Notes: a model not told the origin generated them from the letters alone. Shown: positions 10,768 to 22,100, numbered from the stretch's first letter. The stretch is 64,000 bases of DNA from Heteronotia binoei (GCF_032191835.1 NC_083225.1:182218001-182282000); one strand, 5' to 3'. Made by a program: numbers and translations.

Positions 10768-11226
10768 AATGCCCCATGGCGCAGAGTGGTAAAGCTGCAG
10801 TACTGCAGTCCAAACTCTCTGTTCACAACCTGAGTTCAATCCCGGCAGAAGCTGGGTTCAGGTAGCCAGCTCAAGGTTGACTCCACCTTCCATCCTTCTG
10901 AGGTTGGTAAAATGAGTACCCGGCTTGCTGGGGGGAAAGTGAAGATGACTGAGGAAGGCAATGGCAAACCACCCTGTAAAAAGTCTGCTGTGAAAATGTT
11001 GTGATGGAAAGTCACCCCAAAGTCGGAAATAACTGGTGCTTGCCCAGGGGACTACCTTTAGCTCTTGCAGAGGTTGTCCTTGAAAGGACAGCTGCTGTGA
11101 GAGCCTCTCCACCCCCACCCACCTCACAGGGTGTCTGTTGTGGGGAAGGAAGGTAAAGGAGATTGTGAGCCGCTCTGAGACTCTTTGGAGTGGCGGGCGG
11201 GATATAAATCCAATATCTTCTTCTTC
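10768..11226 (+). mobile_element. Sauria SINE (10768-11060) abutting the 3' half of a Squam3-like SINE (11061-11226)
   Basis: The Sauria tail ggactaccttt runs directly into agctcttgcagaggttgtccttgaaagg. Confidence 0.75.
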
Positions 11227-11267
11227 TTTGCCTTTTTTATTAATGCACTTGAAAACTTTAGAATAGG

Positions 11268-11520
11268 AGTGGCCAAACTGCAGCTCAGGAGCCACATGTG
11301 GCTCTTTCACATATATTGTGTGGCTCTTGAAGCCCCCACTGCCCCGTAGGCCAGTTTGGAGAAGGCCTTTGTCTCTTTAAATCGCTTCTCCAAACCAAAC
11401 TAGCCATCAGCTTGCAGAATGCACTTAAAGTTCTTTCTTTCCTACTCTCCCTCCCTCCCCTCCATTTATCTTCCTTCCTTCCTTCCTTCCTTCCTTCCTT
11501 CCATCTTGCAGTTCTCAAAT
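11268..11520 (+). mobile_element. hAT MITE (CAGGGGTGGCCAAAC family), partial
   Basis: gtggccaaactg...gagccacatgtggctctttcac shared with copies at 46278, 50014, 54077, 61430 and 63350. Confidence 0.7.
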
Positions 11521-12149
11521 ATCTATCTATTCAATGTAGCAAGTTGAATATATTAAGCTGAATATAATACGTTAAGCTTTAGAATGTGCTATTGGCTGGT
11601 TTCAGTGGGCTTAGGTGTACCCTACTATGGACCAAGCTGCAAGAAGGAAACTTGGGTGGGGAGAAATGAAGCCAAGAGTCCATTCTGGACTTATCTAAAG
11701 AGAAAAGAGGTGTGAATATTTTGGTCACTAGATAAATAAGAGCTGGAATGAAAAGCTGTTGTTGTTTTCCTTCAAAGAACAGACGTCACGTTAACTGATC
11801 AGGATTCACTCACCCTGTTAAAATACAGTGGTTTACTAGGAACACAGTACTGCTGAGAAAGTAACAACCGCAAGAGCACTCGCTTATTTGGAGACCTCTG
11901 TTCCTAGTCATTGTTGCCAATCTTCATCACTTCATTGCTGCTTGAGTTGAATGGGTTCCCCAACAGACCCAAGGGTGTGAGTTCTAGAAAGCCCAGCGAT
12001 CCCTGGCTTGTGATGTCACAGAATTCTTGGAACATTTTCACCAACTGTCATCTGGGCATCTAGAATGCTTTAAACCCTCACCTAAAGTGAAAGGCGTTAA
12101 GAAAGAGAAAGTGAGGCTGAAGCTTCGAGACAAGCCAAAGGCCCTCAGT

Positions 12150-13226
12150 ATGCCACAGGATGATAAGAATCTGGAAACGACCTCTCCTTCAACAATACAA
12201 GACGAGACAGACGCAGACGTCGGTTGGAATATGGGAGAACCCTTCCAGTCCTTGGACAAACTCCAGGGTTTGCCCGATGGGGAAAAGGGCGAGAAGGCGA
12301 TGCTGCGGTCACGGATCCATGAGCAATCTCAACTCATCTGTATCCTGAAGAAACGAGCGGACGACAACCTCCTGCGTTGCAAGGCCTTGGAGCAGCTCAA
12401 CACGGAGATGGAAGAGTTGAGGATGGCGGATACGCTGAGACTGGAAAGCCAGACCCGTCGCGTCCAGCAGCTGGAACAGCGCTTCATGGATCTGGCTGCC
12501 AACCACGAGGATATGATCCACTTCAAGGACGAGCACAAGCGCCAGAACATGCATCTGAGGGAAGAAAACAGGCGCTTGCGCCAAGAGAACCTCAGCCTCT
12601 TCAGCCAACCTTTGAAGGAGAAAGAGGCAGAGCTGGACGGTCTCATGTCACAGTACAAGAAGCTCTCCAAAGACATGGAGGCCTTGGAGGAAAGTTACAA
12701 ACGAGAAAGCCAGCAGGCCCAGCAGAGGGAGAAGGAGCTTCTGGAAGCCCAGAATCGGCAAGCCAGCGCTCACACCGAGGAAGCGTGCTCCCTGAGAAGA
12801 CAACTGGAAGTCCTCAAGGAGAAATACAGTCACGTCACTGAGCGACTGGAGAGGGCGGAACAGGAACTCAGAGATGGCGACCTGAAAGCCACCGTGGAGC
12901 AGCTAAGGCAGGAGAAAGAAGAGCTGCTGAACCTGACGATGGAGAGAGGCAAACTGCTGCAAGAAAAGCAGCAGGAGATTTTGCAGCTGGAGAAGAAGGC
13001 GGAGGAGATGGAGAAGGCCAAGCTGGCTGCCGAGCAGCGTTTCGAGACAGAGTCGGCTGCGGTGGACAGCGTCCTCCGAGTCCGAGACCTGCAGTTGCGG
13101 CTGGATGGGGCCGAACGAGCCTATGTCGAGCTCCGGATGCAGTTTGAGGCCTACAAGAGGCACAGCATGGATTTGCTGACCAAGGAGAAAGAGTTAAATA
13201 TGAAACTCCGCCACTTCATGGCATGA
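12150..13226 (+). CDS. CCDC89: Coiled-coil domain-containing protein 89 (358 aa from the first ATG, single exon)
   Basis: EKAMLRSRIHEQSQLICILKKR, RFMDLAANHEDM and FEAYKRHSMDLLTKEKELNMKLRHF match CCDC89 as I recall it. Syntenic between SYTL2 and CREBZF. ATG at 12150; the track start at 12027 is a TTG. Confidence 0.92.
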   Translation: MPQDDKNLETTSPSTIQDETDADVGWNMGEPFQSLDKLQGLPDGEKGEKAMLRSRIHEQSQLICILKKRADDNLLRCKALEQLNTEMEELRMADTLRLESQTRRVQQLEQRFMDLAANHEDMIHFKDEHKRQNMHLREENRRLRQENLSLFSQPLKEKEAELDGLMSQYKKLSKDMEALEESYKRESQQAQQREKELLEAQNRQASAHTEEACSLRRQLEVLKEKYSHVTERLERAEQELRDGDLKATVEQLRQEKEELLNLTMERGKLLQEKQQEILQLEKKAEEMEKAKLAAEQRFETESAAVDSVLRVRDLQLRLDGAERAYVELRMQFEAYKRHSMDLLTKEKELNMKLRHFMA

Positions 13227-13389
13227 GCCACACACATCTTTGCCAGCCCCCAAGCAAAGATGTCTCACAGGCATCCTTAAAATAATATTTTACGAGATTA
13301 TTTTCCTGCTTCAATGCCTTTATACAGTGCTGGGGGATGGGGGATTCTCAAGCTCTCCGAGACCTCTTTGTATTGGCAAAACAAGTTGA

Positions 13390-13395
13390 AATAAA
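13390..13395 (+). terminator. CCDC89 poly(A) signal
   Basis: AATAAA 164 nt after the stop, followed by GT-rich tgtgtgtc. Confidence 0.6.
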
Positions 13396-13823
13396 ATGTT
13401 GAAATCTTCATTGTGTGTCGAATACAGTTCTTGCTTCCTGATCTTTGTCCCTTAAATTTGAAAATCTGTATATACCTTGAACAGCTCTCACCTGCTCGCT
13501 AGAATAACAGAATCCTTGTTCGAACAGGGTTTATATACTGCTCTGTGCAGCTTTCTAAGACCATTGACTTTAGTGGAATTAGAAGAGTGAAAGTCTACGA
13601 CGCTGTTAAAACTGGCAATCCGCAAATATATAACTTATTTTGAATTTATTACACACTTCCACAAACAATTCAAAACAGTACTTTTCTTCAAAACTGGATT
13701 CATTGTGTGGGGTTTTCCACATGTTCATCTTGGTTGCCTGTAAGTTCCTGTTTTTTGATGGGGGGAGTGTTTCTGTTCCACATGTGTTTTGTTCACTCTT
13801 GTGGACCATTGGATATCACACCC

Positions 13824-13995
13824 GGGGCTTTTTTTGTAGCAGGAACTCCTTTGCATATTAGACTACACACTCCTGATGTAGCCAATCCTTCAAGAGCTTA
13901 CAGGGCTCTTTGTACAGGGCCTGCTATAAGCTCCAGGAGGATTGGCTACATCAGGGGTGCGTGGCCTAATATGCAATGGAGTTTCTGCTAAAAAA
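13824..13995. mobile_element. Palindromic MITE (tttgcatattaggccac core)
   Basis: Inverted arms ctcctttgcatattag...gatgtagccaatcc and ggattggctacatc...ctaatatgcaa. Confidence 0.75.
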
Positions 13996-14489
13996 CAACA
14001 AAACAAAACCTGATCACACCTGTTTATGTGTGATTTACCTCCCTGCAGATTTAAACTGTGGGTTTTTATGGGGAACATAAACTTCTGTGATATCGAATTG
14101 CCCAGTGGAGGGAGCAAAACATGAACAGGCGCCTCAAGAAACAGGAACTTCAGGTAAGGAAAATGATAATGTGGAAAAGCCCTAAGTTAGGGAATACTTC
14201 TCCACTATGAAATCTCATCCCCAACCGCTGGGGAGAGAAGTCCATAAGTTATGAGTACTAGTGATGCCAAGGCTGTAAGCTCCAAGTTGGGAAATTTGTG
14301 GGGATTTTGGGGTGGAGCCTAGAGAGTGTGGGGTTGGGGACAAAACAGTAGACAAGTGCACCTTTAAGACCAACTAAGTTTTATGTAAGCCTGCTCTAGC
14401 ATTTTACAAACCTCTATTGTAGAGCCACAAAAATTTGTAAATGTTAGACTAGAGCATCTGAAGACGAAGCTTCTGGTTTTTAACAGAAC

Positions 14490-15001
14490 TAGGGTTGCCA
14501 AGTCCAATTCAAGAAATATCTAGGGACTTTGGGGGTGGAGCCAGGAGACGTTGGGGGTGGAGCCAAGATCAAGGCTGTGACAAGCATAATTGAACTCCAA
14601 AGGGAGTTCTGGCCATCACATTTAAAGGGACAGCACACCTTTTCAATCCCTTCCTTCCATAGGAAATAATGGATAGGAGCACCTTCTTTGGGGGCTCATA
14701 GAAATGGACCCCCTGGTCCAATCTTTTTGAAACTTGGGGGGTATTTTGGGGAGAGGCACTAGATGCTATACTGAAAATTTGGTGCATCTACACCAAAAAA
14801 CAGCCCCCCCCCCAGAGCCCCAGATACCCGCGGATCAATTCTCCATGATTTTCTATGGGAATAAATCTCCACAGGGAATAACAGAGTTCCCAGCAGACAT
14901 TTCCCTCCCCTCTCCCCCCACTCTTTCTGATTACCCTGAAGCGGGGGGAGGGCCTCCAAACCGGGGGATCCCCTGCCCCCACCTGGGGATTGGCAACCCT
15001 A
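14490..15001. mobile_element. hAT element with TAGGGTTGCCA TIRs
   Basis: tagggttgcca...tggcaaccta. Perfect 8-bp TSD aacagaac (14482-14489, 15002-15009). Confidence 0.88.
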
Positions 15002-15809
15002 AACAGAACTGATGTCAAGGGCCTGCCACCAAATTCCTCCTGGGGGTTGCCAGCTGTAGTATGTCTCTAACCCATTATGTTTTACTACCCAGAGAATAAT
15101 CTTTAAGTGCTCTTCCATGAACCCCCCTGAGATCCTAAAGAAAATTTATCTCACCACAGAAGGAGATATTCATGTGCAATATAAATATACTGCAGCGGTA
15201 CCTTAGCTGTAGAAACAATTTAATTGTAGATTGTTTCCTGTGAAATTAATGAAAGTTAATGATTGCTGTCTAATGGCTTAAGTCCCAAAGACATCGTTTT
15301 TGTTGTTTGGAATGTGTTTTTAAAACAATAAAAAACCCCAAACTATAGCTTTGTAAAAGAACCATACTGGTGTGAGTTATTCAATGTGCAACAGTGCAGT
15401 GGAGAATCTAGTAAAAGAAACAAGTTCCCCTCACCTCTGGATTTTTTAGTACTGTGACATAACCTCCCACTCAGTAAAACTAATAGGGCTCCCAGATGTT
15501 CTCTTTGAAGAAGACAAGGCCTCTTTTTTATCCTCTTTTGGGCTCATTAAAAAAAAAAAAACCTGATTAAAATGTCCTCTTTTGAGGTTAGGAATATTCC
15601 TAGTTAGTAGCAATGGCCACAGCTTAAACAGTAGGTCTCTTTCAAAGGAGATTTGTCATAATGATCACTTGCTTGAAGCAGTTGGGAAATGTGCCCTCTA
15701 TTTTGCTTTTCAAAAATAAATGGTATAACCCTATAATGATGATTCAGGTTGGCAGCTGTCTTGGCCTTAAACTTTGTCCTATAACAATTAGACATTTTTA
15801 CCACTAGGT

Positions 15810-17147
15810 CGGGGTGGGGAACCTCCATCCCGAGGGCCGTATGCGGCCCTCGAGGTCTCTTGGTGTGGGCCCTTGGGGATTGCTGGGCTGAACTGAGCCA
15901 TGTGGCAGCCTCCCTGGGGCCTGGCTGGCCAGCAAGGATCGTGGGGCCCAGCTGCGCTGTGCAGCAGCCTCCCCAGGGCCAGGCAGGGATCACAGGGCCC
16001 AAATGTACTGTGCGGCAGCCTCCCTGGGGCCTGGCTGGCCGGTCAGAATTGCTGCGGGGCCTGGAAAAGTTACTGTCACAGTTCAGTTTGCACTTGATTA
16101 TCCCAGATGGAGTGGCCTAATATGCTAATATTAGGGGATGTGGTCTAATATGCTACTGAGTCCTGCTGGGCTTTTTCTACAAAAAAGCCCTGGACCTAGG
16201 CATTTGCCTACGCAGCGGGCTGGGTGTGTATGTGTATATATATATGTGTGTGTGCGTGTGTGTATACACACACACACATATTGGCCACTGTGTGACACAG
16301 AGTGTTGGACTGGATGGGCCACTGGCCTGATCTAACATGGCTTCTCTTATGTTCTTATGTGACACAGAGTGTTGGACTGGATGGGCCACTGGCCTGATCC
16401 AACATGGCTTCTCTTATGTTATGTGACACAGAGTGTTGGACTGGATGGGCTATTGGCCTGATCCAACATGGCTTCTCTTATGTTCTTATGTGACACAGAG
16501 TGTTGGACCGGATGGGCCACTGGCCTGATCCAACATGGCTTCTCTTATGTTCTTATGTGACACAGAGTGTTGGACTGGATGGGCCATTGGCCTGATCCAA
16601 CATGGCTTCTCTTATGTTCTTATGTGACACAGAGTGTCGGACCGGATGGGCCACTGGCCTGATCCAACATGGCTTCTCTTATGTTCTTATGTGACACAGA
16701 GTGTGGGACTGGATGGGCTATTGGCCTGATCCAACATGGCTTCTCTTATGTTCTTATGTGACACAGAGTGTCGGACCGGATGGGCCACTGGCCTGATCCA
16801 ACATGGCTTCTCTTATGTTCTTATGTGACACAGAGTGTTGGACTGGATGGGCCATTGGCCTGATCCAACATGGCTTCTCTTATGTTCTTATGTGACACAG
16901 AGTGTTGGACTGGATGGGCCATTGGCCTGATCCAACATGGCTTCTCTTATGTTCTTACGTGTGCCAGATTAGGCTTTCCCCGCATGACTTCAAACAGAAA
17001 AACAATTATTTGCATTAATTTTGCTGGCGTGAATCGTTCTCTCTCGGCGGAGCGCTGTTTTTAGAGCTGATAATTTTTTCATGGCCCGGGGAATGATGTT
17101 ATAACTATCCATATGGCCCTTGGCAGAAAAAAGGTTCCCTACCCCTG
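15810..17147 (+). mobile_element. hAT non-autonomous element hosting a CR1-tail array
   Basis: TIRs c-ggggtggggaacct and aggttccctacccctg. TSD cactag(g/c)t (15802-15809, 17148-17155). Confidence 0.8.
16281..16957 (+). repeat. Tandem array (10 copies, 67-bp period) of the CR1 3' terminus
   Basis: gacacagag recurs at 16294, 16361, 16425, 16492, 16559, 16626, 16693, 16760, 16827 and 16894. Preceded by a (TG)n/(TA)n/(CA)n tract. Confidence 0.92.
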
Positions 17148-17236
17148 CACTAGCTAAATATTTGAAAAAATACTTAATAAGTAAGAGGTGTAGGTTTCCC
17201 CCAAGCTGGTTGCAGGGGGACAACATGCCCTTAAAT

Positions 17237-18027
17237 TAGGCTTCCCAACCCTCCTGCTCTGGCGGGAGTCTCCTGGGTTTGCAGCCTCATCTCCCGGTCT
17301 TCAAGAAGTGGGAAGCGGGGTGGGGTGGGGGGAGGGGGGGGAGAACATACCTGTAGGCTTCATTATAGAGCTCCTGAGCCGTTTGTAAAATGTCTGCTCC
17401 TTTAAGGCTGGGCAGGGAGCAGGAAGGGCTTGGGAGAACAGCCCCGCCCTTTCTTTTGCTTTCGCTTTCACAAGAGTTCTCCGGAAGAAGATCTGGTAAG
17501 TGTGTGTGTGTGTGTGTGTGAGAGAGAGGGGGCAGGGGATTCCCTGGTTTGGAGGCCCTCCCCCCTTTTAGAAAGCGTGGGGGGGGGAGGGAAATGTCTA
17601 CTGGGCATTCTATTATTCTCTATGGAGAACGATTCCCATAGGGAATAATAGGGAATTCATCCGTTGGTATTGGGGGCTCTGGGGGGGCTATTTTTTGAGG
17701 TAGAGGCACAAAATTTTTAGTATAACATCTAGTGCCTCTCCCCAAAATACCCCCCCAAGTTTCAAAACGATTGGACCAGAGGGTCCAATTCTATGAGCCC
17801 CAAAAGATGGTGCCCCTATACTTCATTATTTCCTATGGAAGAAAGGAATTTTAAAAGGTGTGCTGTCCCTTTAAATGTGATGGCCAGAACTCCCTTGGAG
17901 TTCAATTATGCTTGTCACATCCTTGTTCTTGGCTCCACCCCCAATGTCTCCTGGCTCTACCCCCAAAGTCTCCTGGCTCCGCCCCCAAAGTCCCCAGATT
18001 TTTCTTTAATTGGACTTGGCAACCCTA
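17237..18027. mobile_element. hAT element (TAGGGTTGCCA family, long form) immediately upstream of CREBZF
   Basis: taggcttccca...tggcaaccta. Perfect TSD ccttaaat (17229-17236, 18028-18035). Confidence 0.85.
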
Positions 18028-18069
18028 CCTTAAATCCTTTATTTTGGTTCTACTCCCCCCCCCCCCCCT

Positions 18070-18373
18070 TTGAGGTAAAGCGCGCCAAACTTTGGCGCCA
18101 TCTCTCCTGAGGGGAGCCACCAGCGTTCTTTCCCGCCCGCCTCCATTCCGTTCCCTCAGGGCGGCCCCAGTCCGAACGCGCAGGCGCAGTAGGCCAGGCT
18201 GGGCGCGTCCGCCATTAACCGCTCGGGGGCCTGGCCGCGCCGGCATCTCCCCCGCCATCTTCTTCTCCTTCTCCTTCAGGCGGAGGGGACGGGCCTGCCG
18301 GCAACCGGACGGCGGCTCTGTCCGCCCTTGCGGGACGCTGGCCCGGGCTAGGCCCAGCCGCCCCTCGGCCGCC
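18070..18373 (+). promoter_or_regulatory. CREBZF CpG-island promoter / 5' UTR
   Basis: CpG-dense. Inverted E2F-like pair GCGCCAAA-C-TTTGGCGC (18082-18098), NRF1-like GCGCAGGCGC near 18178, YY1-like CGCCATCTT near 18253. Confidence 0.7.
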
Positions 18374-19189
18374 ATGCGCCACAGCCTCACCCAGCTGCTG
18401 GCGGCCTCGCCGGGCCCAGGTTGCTCCCGGGAGCCGGCCGCGGCCTTCTCCCTCCCCCGCGAGGGAAGCGGCGGCAGCTCGGCGGAGACGGGCGACGAGG
18501 CGGAGCGGCTGCCGATGGACGACGAGGCCGAGCTGCTCTTCCCGGGCTTGGAGCTGGACGCGTGGCTGGAGGAGGCGTGGGCCGAGCCGCGGAGCCCGGA
18601 GGTGGCCGAGCCGCCTTCGGGCCGAGCGGGGAGCAGCGGCAGCCGCCTGAAAGCGGCCGAGGCGGCGCGCCTGAACCGCCAGCGGAAGAAGCAGTACGTG
18701 CAAGGCCTGGAGAGCCGCCTGCAAGGCCTGGCCGCCGAGAACCGCCAGCTGCGCGACCGCAACCGGGGCCTGTGCCGCCGCCTGCGCCACCTCGAGCGGG
18801 AGACCGGCTACCTGCGCGCCGTGCTGGCCAACCAGAGCGCCCTGGGACGCCTCTTGAGCCGCCTGGCCGGCCACGGCAGGGTCGGCCTGAGGGTCGCCAG
18901 CGGCCTCTGGGGGGAAGACGAGGCGGAAGACGCCGATCTGCAGTGGGGCCAGCCCTGCGGGGAAAGCGGCGGCGGCGACCACGACTACGCCCTGCCGGTG
19001 CCGCGGGAAGAAGGAGAAGACGACGCCCGCCCGCCCCGCCGCGATGGGGCGGCCTCCTCCCCCAGCCCCGCGGGCCTCTGCCTCCACGTGGACCGCGACC
19101 AGGTGTCGGTGGAGTTCTGCTCCGTTTGCTCCAGGAGGGCGGCCGCCGCTGCCCCTGCCCCTTCCCCTTCCTTCGCCGCCAAAATGTAG
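18374..19189 (+). CDS. CREBZF: CREB/ATF bZIP transcription factor Zhangfei (271 aa, intronless CDS)
   Basis: Kozak gccgccATG. N-terminus [12 protein letters not shown], b[40 protein letters not shown]-binding motif DHDY, C-terminus [18 protein letters not shown]...KM*. Confidence 0.95.
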   Translation: MRHSLTQLLAASPGPGCSREPAAAFSLPREGSGGSSAETGDEAERLPMDDEAELLFPGLELDAWLEEAWAEPRSPEVAEPPSGRAGSSGSRLKAAEAARLNRQRKKQYVQGLESRLQGLAAENRQLRDRNRGLCRRLRHLERETGYLRAVLANQSALGRLLSRLAGHGRVGLRVASGLWGEDEAEDADLQWGQPCGESGGGDHDYALPVPREEGEDDARPPRRDGAASSPSPAGLCLHVDRDQVSVEFCSVCSRRAAAAAPAPSPSFAAKM

Positions 19190-22100
19190 GGTCAAGTATT
19201 CCGCCTTTCCTTCCTAGCCTGCGGAGAACGGATTCTGTGGGGTGCCGGCCAGAGGATCGTCCCAGGGGGGTGTGCTTTAGTGGAGGAGGCAGTCAGAGGA
19301 TGAAGAGAGAAAGAAAGAAAAAAGAGACAGAAACGGGGGGAAAAAAAAAAGAGGGGCAGGGTGTGGGGGAGAGAAGAGCAGAGGAAACTGGCATGTCTCC
19401 TAGCCAAAGAGGGAATGAATGAAATCAGCAGACCCTTTGTGTGTTGCATGCGATCAGACGTCCATCCTCTGGGTGCCATTGGGGATTTTGGCATAGGGTG
19501 TACAAAACGTGGTGTAACCGAGGACCTGCGATCTGGCAGGCATCAGAGCATCTCCCGTGTTGACATGAAGATTGACCTATTTGGAGACTGCTAGGGTTTC
19601 TTTAAAATGTGGTCTGACTGGTTTTATAATGTCGGTTGCCAGTTTAAAAAAAAGAAAGAAAAAGGTCTAGCAGATAATACCGTAGGCTTATTTCGTGGGA
19701 AGTTTGAGAATGTATAATCGTCGACTACTTCGCTGGACAGACATTAATAGTCGTACCACTCAATGCAGTTAAGGAAAAAAAAAGTGCATGTGAAAATTGT
19801 AACGCATCTGTTATACATTACTATTAAACCTCTCTTGACAGTTTCTTTTTTAGGTGCTTGCCCTGCCAGGCCCCGTTGTGTAGGGGTTAAAAGAACAGTC
19901 GTTTTCCACCTCGCAACCTGGTAAGGATCTGAATATTCCCATAATGTGGTATCAGACAGCTTTGCCGTGATGGGTTTATCAGTTAGTGCAGACAAGCCCC
20001 TCAGAAGTTTGCAGAAGCTCAGACATGTGTAGAATCCACGTGTCAGTTCATCCTGACAGGGCAGGTTGCAAGTAATGGTTAGTCTATCATGGCCTTTCCC
20101 TGTCGTTTTAAAAATTCCTGCCATGTATTTAGTCGTTAGTGACTGAAAGCTTGAGATCTGAAGCATTACTTCTACCTGATGGGAGAAGTTGAAAAACATC
20201 TGTTGCTCTGTGTATACCTATTAGTAGTGGATAAATATGAACAAAAGGGGATCAGAATAAATGTGAGAAGATGAGATGTATTTAGAAGCCCTTTCCCATC
20301 CAAAAACATTTAAAACTTGGATTTTCCAGTGGTATAAAATTATTGTATTTCTGGTTTTAATTAACACACACACCCCGGTCCAGCCCCATGTTAGGACTTG
20401 AGGAAGGACATATTCCAGACTCGTATGCCAAGTTCTTGGCCTCAAGTTAGGTTCTTCCTGTTTTAATAAAGAGTGTTAAGTCTCCATCTATATTGATCAA
20501 TAAGTCTCCATCTCTATTGATGACGCAACTGTGGAATAAAGCAACACTCACTGCATAGCTGTGTAGTAGTGTATGCAAATGATTAATCTTAGTTCCTTGC
20601 TTTTAAAAAAAAAGTCTAGTTATATAGCTCCATGAAATCTGTTTTCACAGATGTCTCATGTTAGACATCTCTTTAAGTACAGACATTTGCTTCAGTAAGC
20701 TATAGTAAGAGGAAATCAAAATGTCAGTCTTCTTGCTTCCTACTTTAATGAAAATAATTGTAGGTGAACCAGTGTTCATCATAATAATCATGCAACATCT
20801 GTGATTGATGTTGAGGAAACGTTTCTGTTAGAACTCTTGGGGTTTTGACCAGCACAGTGTTTGCCCCACCCCTCAAAGCGTTTTCTGTTGTATTATAAAC
20901 TTTTATAATTTAAATGTCTGTAAATTGGGGGAAATAAGGGTTGTGAAAATAAATGTAAAGTGAGGTTTCACAAAGACCGATCTGGGAAAAATGGTTTTTC
21001 TCCCTAAAGGTGCTGCCTTTAGGAACTCTTTATATTGAATTAGAGGCAAATAAGGAGTTTTCCTCTTCCAAAGATAATCCACTCGCAGAACTGATTGGCA
21101 TTCCCATGCAACAGTCCTTGTGAAACCTCACTGCTTAACAAAGTATATGTGTATTTAGCATCCTTGTTTTTCTTTATGCTGAAGTGGATACAGCTGTCTT
21201 GGGGGCAGAAGAAACGGGACCAGCTGCTGGCCACACTTCCTGCTTTATTTTAAAAGGTAGTATGAGAGAGAGAAAAAGGGAAAGGTAAAACAGGGCATTT
21301 GCTATCTTTCACTTAAAGAAAACAGACTAATGTGAATGTTTTGAGTAACTTAAATCGCACTTACCCACAGAAAGTTGATAACAGTATTCATGCGAAAAGT
21401 GGTAGTGTAAAAATGCACAGGAGTATTCATGATATCTAATTGGCTAAATCGCTTGACTCATTCATTGTGAAGACACAACAGCACTATACCTGCTCTTGAG
21501 TACAGTCACACTGGTTTCAGTGTGGCTTACCTCTCAAGTATATATCTTTAGAACTACAGCTGGAAGGAGATCTTAAATCTGTCCGTCTCCTCCGTGACAT
21601 GGGCCTTCCTTGACATTTGTGTCTGTTGTGGAATTGTGCTAATTTTCTGTCTCAAAACTCACTGTCCTTTGTAAAGGGCACCTAGTATTCTTTTTCTGGT
21701 TGAAGAGTTTGCAACACTACATACAGGAATTTGCTGGTTCGTGTTTGTCTAGCGCAAACTCTGCTTGCTGTCGGCGATCTTTTTAGAAGTCCTGTAGGTG
21801 GTCATACTCCTGCTTGGAGAATCTGAATGGAGTGAAAATAAATACCAAGGAAGTCTTAATTTTTGCTTTACTTGGTATTCAGTTAAATGTGGTTGCACGG
21901 TGCAATAAACTGCAGTTGACAATATGCAGTCCCTCTTGGCAATGCTCCTGCGTCTTCGCATAGTTTTATTTGTTAGCCGACGGCTATAAGCCCTGGCTCG
22001 TGCATGCCATAATTTGCTACACCCATGCTGTACCGAACAGGGCTTCAGAAGATGATGCATTTTTACAGTCACTTTTCGCATGGATGTTTGCCTAGTGTAA

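Noticed and set aside
12027-12149. ORF-track start for CCDC89 at 12027
   Set aside because: The codon is TTG and the first ATG is at 12150. The open upstream frame is kept only as a hypothesis in the findings.
18025-19422. Long overlapping ORFs (333 aa plus, 326 aa minus, 245 aa minus) and the 94-codon extension upstream of the CREBZF ATG
   Set aside because: Stop-poor shadows of very GC-rich DNA that start at non-ATG codons and show no recognisable domain.
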